Shown piece after piece: positions 40,269-51,856 of a stretch of 64,000 nt of DNA. The translations under genes and the position numbers were made by a program. The stretch's first letter is position 1; the number at the start of each line of letters is the position of its first letter. Source of the DNA: Octopus sinensis (Eukaryota). The notes under the pieces were generated by a model. That model was not told the DNA's origin, made no database searches, and was given only the letters and a program-made list of their open reading frames with translations. The stretch is taken from contig NC_043010.1 of assembly GCF_006345805.1 (NCBI RefSeq), positions 25,048,001-25,112,000 on the forward strand, given 5' to 3'.

Positions 40269-42765
40269 CTTGTAATTCCCTAGGAGAGTTACAGACTAAA
40301 ACCCTCTCTCTGTGCATTAGATCTCTACTTACTAATCAATGTCCCGACACACAAGGGCATCCAAACAGGTCCCTAATTTGGGAGTTTAAACAGAGATATG
40401 TAAAACCTATTTCTGTAATTAATTATTGATCTACAGTTGTGATGTGATAGATTTGTTTAATCTTTAGTTATGATAGATTTAAATATTCATTAATTTAACA
40501 TGTTGGGTGTCTTGTTTGTCTTGTGGGTAGAGACGTAGACAGACAACCACATTGAACATCCTGGGCAGGGTTCAATCTCACCTAATGCCTGCATTAAGAG
40601 GAGGTTTTTATCTTTAGAGATGGGGGGAAAAAAAGTGAAAATATTTAGTAAGATAACCCTGTAAATCTGAGCAGAGATTAGAAACCTCAACTTGTTTGTG
40701 TAGTTATTACTTCTAAACACCCTTACCTACTGTGCCACAAAAGAAGCAACAATGTTAAAGAGAAAATTATGGTATTTAAATTTATTTCAATTATTGCTTA
40801 CTATAAAGATTTGAGAGAGATCGGGTTACTATATGAAGGCTGCTTTGTAGCCCCCTTTTTCACACACACACAAACACACAATATTTTGCTTAAGTAAAAA
40901 TATTTAATAATATCCTTTGTAATTCTTGGCAGAGATTTGTAACCTCCACTTTTAAACACCCTTACCTACTGGGCCAAGGCAGCAACAACTGCACTGAGAA
41001 AAGGAAGATATTTAAATTTATTTCAATTATTGGGCTTACTATAAAGAAGTGAATGCAGTTTGGTTACTGTGTCAAGGCTGCCTTGTGACCCCTTCTACAC
41101 AATCTAATTCCTGGCAGAGATCTGAAACCTCCACTACAGTGTTCATTTATTATTTCTAAACACCCTTACTTACTGGGCCATCAAAGCAGTAGCAATTTCA
41201 ATGAGAAAATTAAGATATTGAAATTTTATTTTAATTATTGGGTTTACTATAAAGATTTGAGGGAGATTTGGTTACTATGTCAAGGCTGCTTTGTTGAAGG
41301 AAATTTGATTACTTGAATAAAAATATTTAATAAGATCTCTTGTAATTCCTGGCAGAAATTTGAAACCACCACATCTAAACACCCCTACCTACTGGGCCGC
41401 CAAAGTAGCAACAATCTGAATGAGAAAATTAAGGTAATTAGATTTATTTCAATTACTGAGCTTACTATTTGAAGGAAATTTGGTTACTACGTGAAGGCTG
41501 CCTTGTGACCCCTTGTTCACACAACTTCTGATTGAGAAATATTTGGTTTCTTAAATAAAAATACTTAATAAGAACCCTTGTAATTTCTCACAGAGAATTG
41601 AAACATTCACTTCTGTGTTATGTTTCTACATCTTAAATCCTACTGGGCCATCAACACATTAACAGATTCTGCAGGGAAATTATATTTCAATTAATGAGCT
41701 TACTATAAAGATAGGGAGATTTGGTTACTCTGTGAAGACTGCATTGTGGATCCTTCTTCATGCACAATTGTTTTTTAAGGGAAATTTGGTTGCTTAAATA
41801 AGAATATTAAATAATGCCCCGTGTAATTCCTGGTACAGATATGAAACCTCCACTGTTGTATTTTAGTTTCTCTTTGTAAACAACCTTATCTAAAGAAAAT
41901 TATGATATTTAAATTCATTTCAATTATTGTGTTTACTATACAGATTCAAAGGAGATTTGGTTATTATGTGAAGGCTGCCTTGTGGCCCCTTCTTCTCTCT
42001 CTCTCACACACACAATCTTTTTATTGAGGGAAATTCGATTGCTTAAATTATAAATATTTAAAATCACTTGTAATTCCTGGAAGAGATTTGAAACCTCCAC
42101 TTGTGAGTTATGTTACTATAAAGATGAGGGAGATTTACTGCCTATGTGAGAACTGTCTTGTGACCCCTTGTTTACTCACACACATACATAATCTCACTGT
42201 CGAAAGAAATTTAGTTGCTTAAAAGAAGAATGAAAACATCTAATAAGATCCCTTGTAATTCTTAGCAGAGATTTGTAACCTCTGCTTCTAAACAATTTCA
42301 CCTTTTCATCCACCAAGCCAACAACAATTTTAATGAGAAAATTTAGATATTTAAATTCATTTCAATTATTGGGCTTACTATAAAGATATGAGGGAGATGC
42401 GGTCACTATGTCATGGCTGACTTGTGACCCCTTGTTCACACACACAGACTCACACACAATCTCTTTGTTGAGGGTGACTTGGTTGCTTGAAAAGAATGAA
42501 AATATTTCATAAGACCACTTGTAATTCTTGAATGAGATTTGAAATCTTTGCTTCTAAACATCTTCACCTGTTAGGCCAGTAAAGCAGCAACAATTTTAAT
42601 GAAAAATTTAAGATATTCAATGTTATTTCAATTATTGGGCTTACCATAAAGCTATGAAGGAGATTTGGTTACTATGTGACGGGTGCCTTGTGACCCCTTG
42701 TTCACACACAATCTTTTTGTTGAGGGAAATCTGGTTGCTTAAATAAAAACGAAATATTTAATAAT
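40269..42765. repeat. Degenerate tandem repeat, ~10 units of mostly 185-270 bp
   Basis: Recurring CTTGTAATTCCTGGCAGAGATTTGAAACCTCCAC, TTTCAATTATTGGGCTTACTATAAAG and GCTGCCTTGTGACCCC blocks. Unit starts ~40269, 40658, 40915, 41104, 41339, 41577, 41820, 42067, 42252, 42518. Confidence 0.9.
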
Positions 42766-42929
42766 CATCATCATCAACGTCTAATGTCTTCTTCTTCTCC
42801 TCCTCCTCCTCCATAGATCTGGTCTGTCGCTCACAGTAAAATGTCTCCTGCACCATGTGAAGATATATACCCCTTCTATTTCGTCAAAGGCTTCGAGTAA
42901 TATGTCTCTATACATATACAGATACATAT

Positions 42930-42967
<38 letters not shown>

Positions 42968-42971
42968 ACAT

Positions 42972-43029
<58 letters not shown>

Positions 43030-43032
<3 letters not shown>

Positions 43033-43156
43033 CATACAACAGGCTTCTTTCACTTTCTGTCTACCAAATCCACTCACAAGGCTTTGGTCAGCGCGTGGCT
43101 ATAGAAAACACTTGCCCAAAGTTCCACGCTGTGGGACTGAACCCAGAACACTGCGC
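43030..43156 (-). mobile_element. Partial tRNA-derived SINE
   Basis: CTACCAAATCCACTCACAAGGCTTTGGTC...GTGGGACTGAACCC. Confidence 0.7.
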
Positions 43157-44225
43157 GGATCTTTTCCTTTTGAATGGCAGTTTTCAACACAATTTCTAGT
43201 TAACTAAACACTTTTAAACTTCGTATACTGGTAGAATGTGTCAAAATAAAACATTTTTTTCTCTTGGCTTTCTTGAGAAAATTGTAATTTGTAAGTTTAA
43301 CGTAGTTTAATTTTTCGAATTTTAACCAATCAATGGCCTCTATTGAGCTAAAATCATTTGCTGCGTCTAAAACTGAGACAACATCCTGTCACTAACCCTA
43401 AACCTAAATTTTAGCCTTTCGTTTTTTTTTCTTAATTGTTAAATTAATTTAATTGTTACGCGTGTGTCTAAAATTATTCGTTTTGTTTTTGTTTTGAGAT
43501 ACACGTGTATTGTTTAAACTATTTTCCATTGCTTTCATTTTATTTTTTCTACGAAAGCAATGGGAAATAATTTAAACAATTAACAAACAAAATAATTCTA
43601 TAATTTTATACACACGCTTTCCATACGTATACATAACAGTGACAGGATGTTGTCTCAATTTTAGACGCAGCAAATGATTTTAGCTCAATAGAGGCCATTG
43701 ATTGGTTAAAATTCGAAAAAATTAAGCTACGTTAAACTTACAAATTACAATTTGGATCTTTTCCTTTTGAACGGCAGTTTTCAACACAATTTCTAGTTAA
43801 CTAAACACTTTTAAATTTTGTATACTGGTAGAATGTGTCAAAATAAAACATTTTTTTCTCTTGGCTTTCTTGAGAAAATTGTAACTTGTAAGTTTAACGT
43901 AGTTTAATTTTTTGAATTTTAACCAATCCTATCACCTCTATTGAGCTAAAATCATTTGCTGCATCCTGTCACTAACCCTAACCCTAAATTTTAGCCTTTC
44001 GTTTTTTTTTTCTTAGATGCAGCAAATGATTTTAGCTCAATAGAGGCCATTGATTGGTTAAAATTCGAAAAATTAAACTACGTTAAACTTACAAATTACA
44101 ATTTTCTCAAGAAAGCCAAGAGAAAAAATGTTTTATTTTGACACATTCTACCAGTATACGAAGTTTAAAAGTGTTTAGTTAACTAGAAATTGTGTAGAAA
44201 ACTGCCGTTCAAAAGGAAAAGATCC
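43157..44225. mobile_element. Palindromic MITE (TIR GGATCTTTTCCTTTTGAACGGC), compound left-partial right-left-right structure
   Basis: TIR at 43157, a second left end at 43754, right end GGAAAAGATCC at 44225; TAACCCTAA core. Confidence 0.85.
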
Positions 44226-44841
44226 TATGTATGTATGTATATATACGATATCGAAGTGCATATGGCTTGCTTTATACATACCTATACATACACGAATATA
44301 TATACACATATATGTTTGACCGCAAATAACATACAATCACACACAAACATATTTACATCCATAAACATACATACACACAGTCACAAACATAGATTTCCAC
44401 ATATACAAATATACATCCATACAGACGCAAATGCTACATTCAATACGTTGATACATGTGGATGTACATATCTAGAAGTATATTCACAAACAGTAGATTGA
44501 TATATATATATATATATATATATTGAACGAATATGTAAATATGTGCGAGTATACATAGATGTATGTATATGTGTATACGCTTACTATATATTTGTACTAT
44601 ATATGTGTGTGTGTGTGTATGTGATTATATATATATGTGTGTGTGTCATTATACATACATATATATATGACACACACACACATATGTAACTACATGTTTA
44701 AACACATTCTCTTCTGTCCATGTAGGCAGATAGACAGACAGGCAGGCGCACAGGCAGATAGACGGATAGAAAAATAGATATATTGATAGCCAGACAGACA
44801 GCTAGATAGATAAATAGATAGATTTTGTAAATATTAAACCA

Positions 44842-45300
44842 TAATCGACTGGTCTCCTCCCCCAAAATTTTGGGCTTTGTGCCTAAAGTAGAAAAGAACA
44901 TCTTTCTCTACTCCAGGGACAAGGCCCGAAATTTTGGGGGAGGGGGTAAGTCGATTGGTTCGACCCTAGTACGCAACTGGTACTTAATTTATCGACCTCG
45001 AAAGGATGAAAGGCAAAGTCGACCTTGGCGGAATTTGAACTCAGAACGTAGCGGCAGACGAAATACCTATTTGTTTACTACCCACAAGTGGCTAAACACA
45101 GAGGGGACAAACAAGGACAGACAAATGGATTAAGCCGAGTACATCGACCCCAATGCATAACTGGTACTTAATTTATTGACCCCGAAAGGATGAAAGGCAA
45201 AGTCGACCTTGGCGGAATTTGAACACAGAACGTAACGAAAGACGAAATATGGCTACGCATTTTGCCCGGCGTGCTAACGTTTCTGCCAGATCGCCGCCTT
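44842..45300 (-). mobile_element. Compound SINE: head + tail-A unit + tail-B unit, abutting an inverted tail-B fragment
   Basis: Read on the minus strand: head 45300-45250; junction ...AAACAAATAG|GTATTTCGTCTGCCG at ~45068; tail B ...GGCCTTGTCCCTGGAGTAGAGAAAGA. Confidence 0.85.
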
Positions 45301-45344
45301 CTGTTTACTTAACATTATACGATAAAATGCGTCGAGCATGCTTT

Positions 45345-45530
45345 ACGTTAGCATGCTTTACGTTCTGAGTTCAAATTCTGCCGTGGTCGACTTTGACTTT
45401 CATCCTTTTGGGATCGATTAAATAATTGCCAGTTACGCACTGTGATAGATGTAATCGACTTAATCCCTTTGTCTGTCCTTGTTTGTCCCCTTTATGTTTA
45501 GCCCCTTGTGGGCAATAAAGAAGTAAGAAA
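45345..45530 (+). mobile_element. Headless tail-A SINE unit
   Basis: GAGTTCAAATTC B-box, CTTTCATCCTTT core, tail TATGTTTAGCCCCTTGTGGGCAATAAAGAAG. Confidence 0.8.
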
Positions 45531-45995
45531 CATAAACCCACAGGTCAGCAATACTCGGGCACTGGACGACTGGGAGAGAAATGCCTGCCATCGCCTAATT
45601 CATACACCCTCTATGTTTCAACATTTATCTTAACACATCCTTCCACAAATGCAGGGTTCAAAATTCACATAAATAATATAATAACATAAAAGATTTTTGT
45701 ACTCACCCAGATGTGGCAAAAAAATTATATTAAAACTGACAAGCAAAAAGTTCTGGCAAATTCTTGGCGCATAAAATAAATCCATAAATGTGTAATACAA
45801 AGTATATATGCTAAATAAGCTTCCAGAATCCAGTTGAACAGAAGAGAGAAAAAAAAGAAACCGAGTGAATGAATTAGCTCTGCTTATAAAGGTTTGCTAA
45901 GGTCTAGCCAATTTGTTAGTTTGCCTATTAACACCTGGCTTCCCCCATTTTCACAATGGACTTCTTCCTGATTTTACTTAACATTCTTTTCTACT

Positions 45996-46060
45996 GAGGC
46001 GGCGAGCTGGCAGAACCGTTAGCACGCCGGGCGAAATGCATAGCCGTATTTCGTCTGTCG
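45996..46060 (+). mobile_element. SINE tRNA-like head (5' half of the Tx1 target)
   Basis: GAGGCGGCGAGCTGGCAGAACCGTTAGCACGCCGGGCGAAATGCATAGCCGTATTTCGTCTGTCG. Confidence 0.9.
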
Positions 46061-49000
46061 CACATGTGTTCGTGGTAAAAATTGCTGTTTCTTGGTGTTA
46101 ATATTGTTAATAACTGCTGTTTCTAATAACTGTTGTTTCTTGTTAAACTGTTGAATAACTTAACTGTTGGAGTTTTCATTTGAAAACTCTTAGTGCTTGT
46201 AGTAGCACGCGTTGTTCATTCCCTCTTTGGGGGAAAAAATGTCATCTAGCAAGGAGCCTACCGTTGGAGCAGAAATATTTGTTTCTCCTGTTGAGAGGAG
46301 GAAGTATATGTCCGGCGAGGAGCCAACTACAGACAGGGAAATAAGGGTTTCCCCCGCTACAAGAAGGAATAGCAGAATAGATAATATATTTGATTTTTTT
46401 GGAGATGTGTCTGAAAGCTCGTCAGAACTTTCACCAGAAGAGTTTCCGACTTTGCCAGAGAACAAGGGCATTGTGTCGAAAAGAATGATTGATGTACCTA
46501 GCATCCAGACAGAACCAAAAAATGGGGGAAAAAAAGTTTTGCGTTGGCAGCTGCGGGTGAAACCCGGCTGCTTTCGACGAATAAGAGCGACTTTATGAAA
46601 TACAGCCAAATGATGAAAATAACTGACAACGTTGTGAAAATTGAACCTCCAGAAAAGTTACTACAAGAAGAAAAACAAAAAAACAATAATTTTCAAAACA
46701 TATTGTTTACAAAAAAGAAAAATTGAAAGAATGTCAGAAGAGAAAATAAAAAAGTGCTTATGGGGCGATGTAGTTTATCTGAGAAGAGGCAAGAAATTCA
46801 GAACGGTGGAAGTAAGGTTCACCAATAAAGAAATAGCACAAAAGAACTCAGTAGAAACGCTGAAAACGAACGACGTGGAGCTCATTCCCACCTCTATGGG
46901 GATGAGAACGTCCAGATTAAAACTTACAAGGGTTCCACCAGAAGTGGGAGAGAAATGCCTGCCATTGCCTAATGGTTGTTGGCGGCAGTCCTAATCAAAG
47001 AGGAAGAGAAAATTACTCTCTTCCAGGCTACCGAAAACGCACATTGGGATGGTAAAACAATTAATCTCCTCATTCAAGCGGACCCTAAAATAATTCAAGC
47101 AATTCCCGAGACAATTGAGGTAGGGGAGGAGAACCTCGTGGTGTTTGTTGAAGGCCGAAAACCTCGATGTTTTTTATGTGGTCAATTAGGCCACATTCGA
47201 AGGAACTGCAAGGAAAATGAGGAAGAGGAGAAAAAAGACAAAGAGAAAGAAGAAAAAGATGAGAAAAAAAACAAACAAAAGGAAAATACAACCAGCAACT
47301 CAACCGAGAGTGGTGACTACTACAGAACAATGACCAAAAAAGACTGCCAGAAGAGAAAAAGAAGAAAAAGGTATAATAGCCGTATACACTAAAGATACTG
47401 AGCTAATGAGAGACATTCAACAGATAAAGACTGTAAAAAAATAGATAACCTCTCAGAGGAATTTATCAATTACGACGTATATGAAGTCTCAAATAAGACT
47501 CATAGAATTTTACAAAACAAATACAGAAAGACTATCTTCATTGAGATTAGATTTTAACAAGTCGATATTTCATGGATTGCCAGCCCCGATCCCGCGAGAA
47601 AAGGAAAGGGTGGAGACTCCCCCTCCACCTGATAATTCTGTGTCAGTGGTGAGACGGGATTTTGACAAATCTATTTCCCAAGACCGTCCACTTCCGACCC
47701 TGGATCAAAAAAAGGTTGAGGGTCCCCCTCCTCCGGACAATCCTGATTAAACAAGTAAGTCATGTCTATTCACATTGGTTGTATAAATGTTCGTGGCCTG
47801 ATGTCAAGCTGGAAGCAAGGACACTTTCTAAATGACATCAGGTCGAGAAATTTGGATGTAATTGTTGCAACGGAAACCCGGGTGAAGGGGCCAAGAGATC
47901 TGCTGCCCCTCCTGAACAGCTATGAGAAATACGTTTCTCCGAGTCGGGTGGGGGTGGGGTGTTGGTCCTACTAAAAAGAAACCGGGTAGCCGAGAAAAAG
48001 TTGGTTTTTTCTGACCCAGAAGGCAGGCTGGTCGTTCTCGACCTGACATTCAGTTGTGGAAAGACAATCAGGCTGGTCGCTATTTACGCACCAAACATTA
48101 TTGGCCCGCAAACTGAATATTTTCCTGACCTGGGAAAGCTCCTAGCCACTTCGCATTCACTAGTACTGTTAGGAGACTTTAAACAATATGTGCAGCACAC
48201 ACAGATTGTGTTGGCTCAAGCTCGAACATGAACAGAAAATGTATCCCAGGCTTTCGTGATCTGCTAAGTCAGTTTCAGCTAGCAGATCCACAGTGGACGT
48301 GGTCAAATAGTGACAGATCTACCAGAACATATTTAGATAGGATTTTAATTAGAGAAAAAGATAAGTCCATATTTGAGTGTCCACAGTTTTTTCTAGTCAG
48401 CTAGTGACCACAAGATAGTTACCTGTAAACTGATGGTAGATAAGTTGCATGGATAGGGATCTGGCTACTGGAAATTCAATACGTCCCTTTTGGCGATTGA
48501 GGAGTACAGAAAGCGGATCAAGATGTTAATACAGAGGGCATTAATAGGTACCATCATTAATAACAAATGGTGGTACGCCCTAAAAAGAGCCATCAAATAT
48601 GAGTCTATTAGGTTTAGCAAAAGTTTAGCTAAGAAGGGACGTAGAATAGGAGATGGTCTAGTTAAGGAACTAGAAGAAGCCTGGAGGACTGGTAATGCAG
48701 ACCAAGCGAGGGTGAAAAGACTGGAGTTAAACCAGCATCTTGAAGCCCAACACATGGGAAGTATTGGCAGAGCTAAGTTACATGCAATGGGAAGTGAAGG
48801 AATCAAGGCCGCTGGATGGGCCCGAGTGGTGGAAGCTCGGCAAGGAAATAGTTCCTATATTCGGTCTTTGACGAATCAGAATGGTGTCTTGGTAAACAAA
48901 CCCGAGAAAATGTGTGCGGTCTTTCGGGAGTACTTCGCCCAGCTGTTCGGGGATGACGGCGGTCCTGGTGGTGGGAGAGCCCTCGAGGACTTTCTTGCCG

Positions 49001-51319
49001 GGCTGCCGTGCCTCTCGGGGTCGGATGCGGAGTCTTGCGAAGGGCCAATCACGCCTGAGGAGGTGATGGAGGCTTTGACTGATTACAATCAGCGGGTAAG
49101 TCGCCGGGACTTGATGGTCTTCCGTACGGGCTGTATGCCAGACTTGTTCGGAAAACTACTGACTGACGTGTACGCGAACTGGAAATAGAATGGGTTTATC
49201 CCCAGATTTTTGTGTGCCGGGGAGTAGTCAGACGTTGGTCAGAAAGGACCCGGGCAAGGGGGACGTTCTAGAAAATTTCAGGCCCATCACTCTGGTAAAC
49301 ACAGAAGTGAAGATTTTGGCCAAGGTTCTAGCAAAAAGGTTGGCGCGTGTCGCGAATGGTATAGTCGGGGAGGCACAGACATGTGCCATCCCCGGCAGAA
49401 CCATTCAGGATACCCTCCATCTTATTCACTATACCATAGAGAGGGTTGGTAATAAATCTGGCAAAGGTGGGGCATTGGTGCATTTGGACCAGTCTAAAGC
49501 TTTTGATAGGGTTGACCATCGATACCTAGCGACTGTGCTTGCGCAGTTTGGCCTGGGTCTTGGCTTCCTTAAGTGGTTTATCGCTTTGAACCACAACATT
49601 GACTTGATAGTTCAGGTGAACGGTTTCCTTTCGAAGCCGTTCTGCATTAGACGCTCGGTTCGTCAAGGATGTCCGTTTTCACCACTTTTGTATGTGATGG
49701 CTCTCAAGCCATTACTGCGAAGGTTGAGTGGTATCCCGAGAGAACCAGGACTAGAGGAGTTTATTACGGCTTTCGCAGATGATATCACTATCAGCGTAAC
49801 CACAGTAGCACGCCTGCGTGAAGTAGGTAAGACTACTGAGGTTTACGAAGATGTAGCAGCAGCAAAGATTAACCGGGAAAAGTCGGTCGGCTAGCAGCTC
49901 GGCACCTGGGTTGGCAAGTCGATGCCTTCAGATAGCGTTGTTGGGCGCTGGACGGAGGGACCGGTTAAGTTGCTGGGAGTCTGGTTTGGACCAGGCCTCC
50001 AGATAGAGAAGAACTGGACGGAGGTATTGAGCAGGGTGGCTGCAGTAGTCAAGACTTGGTCTTGGCGGTGGCTATCCCTGAAAGGGAGGGCAGAGGTGGC
50101 CAATGTGTTTATTGCATCGGTCATTACCTACCTCCTGACTGTTTTGCCCTGTCCGGATTCGTGGTTGATCAGGTTGGAGAGACAGCTCTTTCGCTTTTTG
50201 TGGAAGGGCAGGTCGCCACTTGTGAAACACTCTGTCTGCTGTCAAAAGCCTTTAAAGGGAGGTTTAGGGATGCCTTGGTTAATGATGCGCAGACATGATG
50301 CGTTGAGGTTGAGGCACCTCTGGATTCTCCTGGATAGTGAATGGGTGTGGTCTCTGCTGGCCAGACAAATGTTCCCTGAGTTCAAGAGTTTTTGCGAACA
50401 GGAAGCCTGGTGTTCTCATAGACCGAGGTCGAGTGAGTGGCGTTCCGGCGCTCGGGCAATGCCAGCGGTGGGGGTTCCACACGGATTTTATATAGTGGGT
50501 TGGTAGAGTTTGAATGCGACGATGGCCTGGGGTCGACTCTAGGTCTCGGATTTATTCAACTGGACAGCCTGTTTCATCGTACATTCGGGTTGAGAACGTT
50601 GGACAACTTCCAAAAGTCCTTAACCTGGCAATGCTACAGAGGTGCCTTGCCCGTTTGGGATAAGCTCGCAAGACATGGTAAACGTCAGTCGCAGACCTGT
50701 CCAAGATGTGGGGGGGGGGGCAGGGAAACCGTCCCTCACGCTATTGTTCAGTGTCCGGAGATAACTGAAATGTGGGATTATGCTGAACACCTGCTGTCCG
50801 GCGAAGGAAGAGTACAGCTGTCGACTGAGTCAATTATAAAAATTGATCCACCGGGAGTTCTAATGAACGAAGGTAAGAATTGTTTTCTCACGGTTGTAGC
50901 AATAGCAAAAGAGGCAGTATGGAAGACTAGGATAAAAGGAATTAAGACAGGCAACTTTATCTCTGGTCACAATTTACGATCTTTTTTTCTTTTCATTTGA
51001 AAAGGAAACTGCGGCTGGAGAAGAGGTGTCTGTCGGAGTGTACGTTCCAAAAGAGATGGAAGCCTGTTGCACGAGTGTTGTGCGTGCAGAGAACCGTGTG
51101 AATAGACGGGAAAAAAAGGTATCAGCAGTAGATCGGGGCTTGTGGGGTCGGAGCGTAACCTGATCATCGCTTCATTTGTATTGTGTATTCCATTCGATTT
51201 TTTATGTATTGTATTTTATTTTTAAAGTCACATTTATGTAAAATCATATCGCTTCACTGATCCGATCAGTTGTACTGTCCATATCTATGTTTGGCCCCCG
51301 GTGGGCAATAAAGAAATTT
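46061..51319 (+). mobile_element. Apparently full-length Tx1/L1-clade LINE: ORF1 (~46212-47392, CCHC knuckle) and ORF2 (47762-~51101, APE + RT + CCHC), disrupted by frameshifts and stops
   Basis: CFLCGQLGHIRRNC; CINVRGL, ATETR, IYAPN, LLGDF; LDQSKAFDRVDH, QGCPFSPLLY, FADDI; CPRC...ETVPH...C. 15-bp TSD 46046-46060 / 51320-51334 (14/15 identical). Confidence 0.93.
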
Positions 51320-51856
51320 GTATTTCGTCTGCCGTTACATTCACAGTTCAAATTCCGCCGAGGTTGACTTTGCCTTTCATCCTTTCGAGGTCGATAAATC
51401 AAGTATCAGTTACGCACTGGCGTTGATATAATCGACCTAATCCGTTTGCCTGTCCTTGTTTAGCCACTTGTGGGTAGTAAAGAAACAGGTATTTCGTCTG
51501 CCGCTACATTCTGAGTTCAAATTCAGCCGAGGTCGACTTTACCTTTCATCCTTTCGGAGTCGATTAAACAAGTACCACTTACGCACTGGGGTCGATGCAA
51601 TCGACTTAATCCGTTTGTCTGTCCTGTTTTGTCCTCTCTGTGTTTAACCCCTTGTGGGTAGTAAACAAGTAGGTATTTCGTCTGCCCCTACGTTCTGAGT
51701 TCAAATTCCGCCGAGGTCGACTTTACCTTTCATCCTTTTGGGGGTCGATTAAGTAAATACCAGTTACGCACTGGGTTGATATAATCGACTCAATCCGTTT
51801 GTCTGTCCTTATTTGTCCCCTCTGTGTTTAGCCCCTTGTGGGTAGTAAACAAATAG
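51320..51856 (+). repeat. Tandem array of three headless tail-A SINE units (169, 184, 184 bp)
   Basis: Units start at 51320, 51489 and 51673, each with GTATTTCGTCTGCC. Confidence 0.92.

Noticed and set aside
40269-42765. Repeat array as a CRISPR-like locus
   Set aside because: Units are long and homologous throughout, there are no unique spacers, and the context is eukaryotic with no cas genes.
45996-46060. tRNA genes at SINE heads
   Set aside because: A/B-box-like motifs only; no complete cloverleaf, and they continue into SINE bodies.
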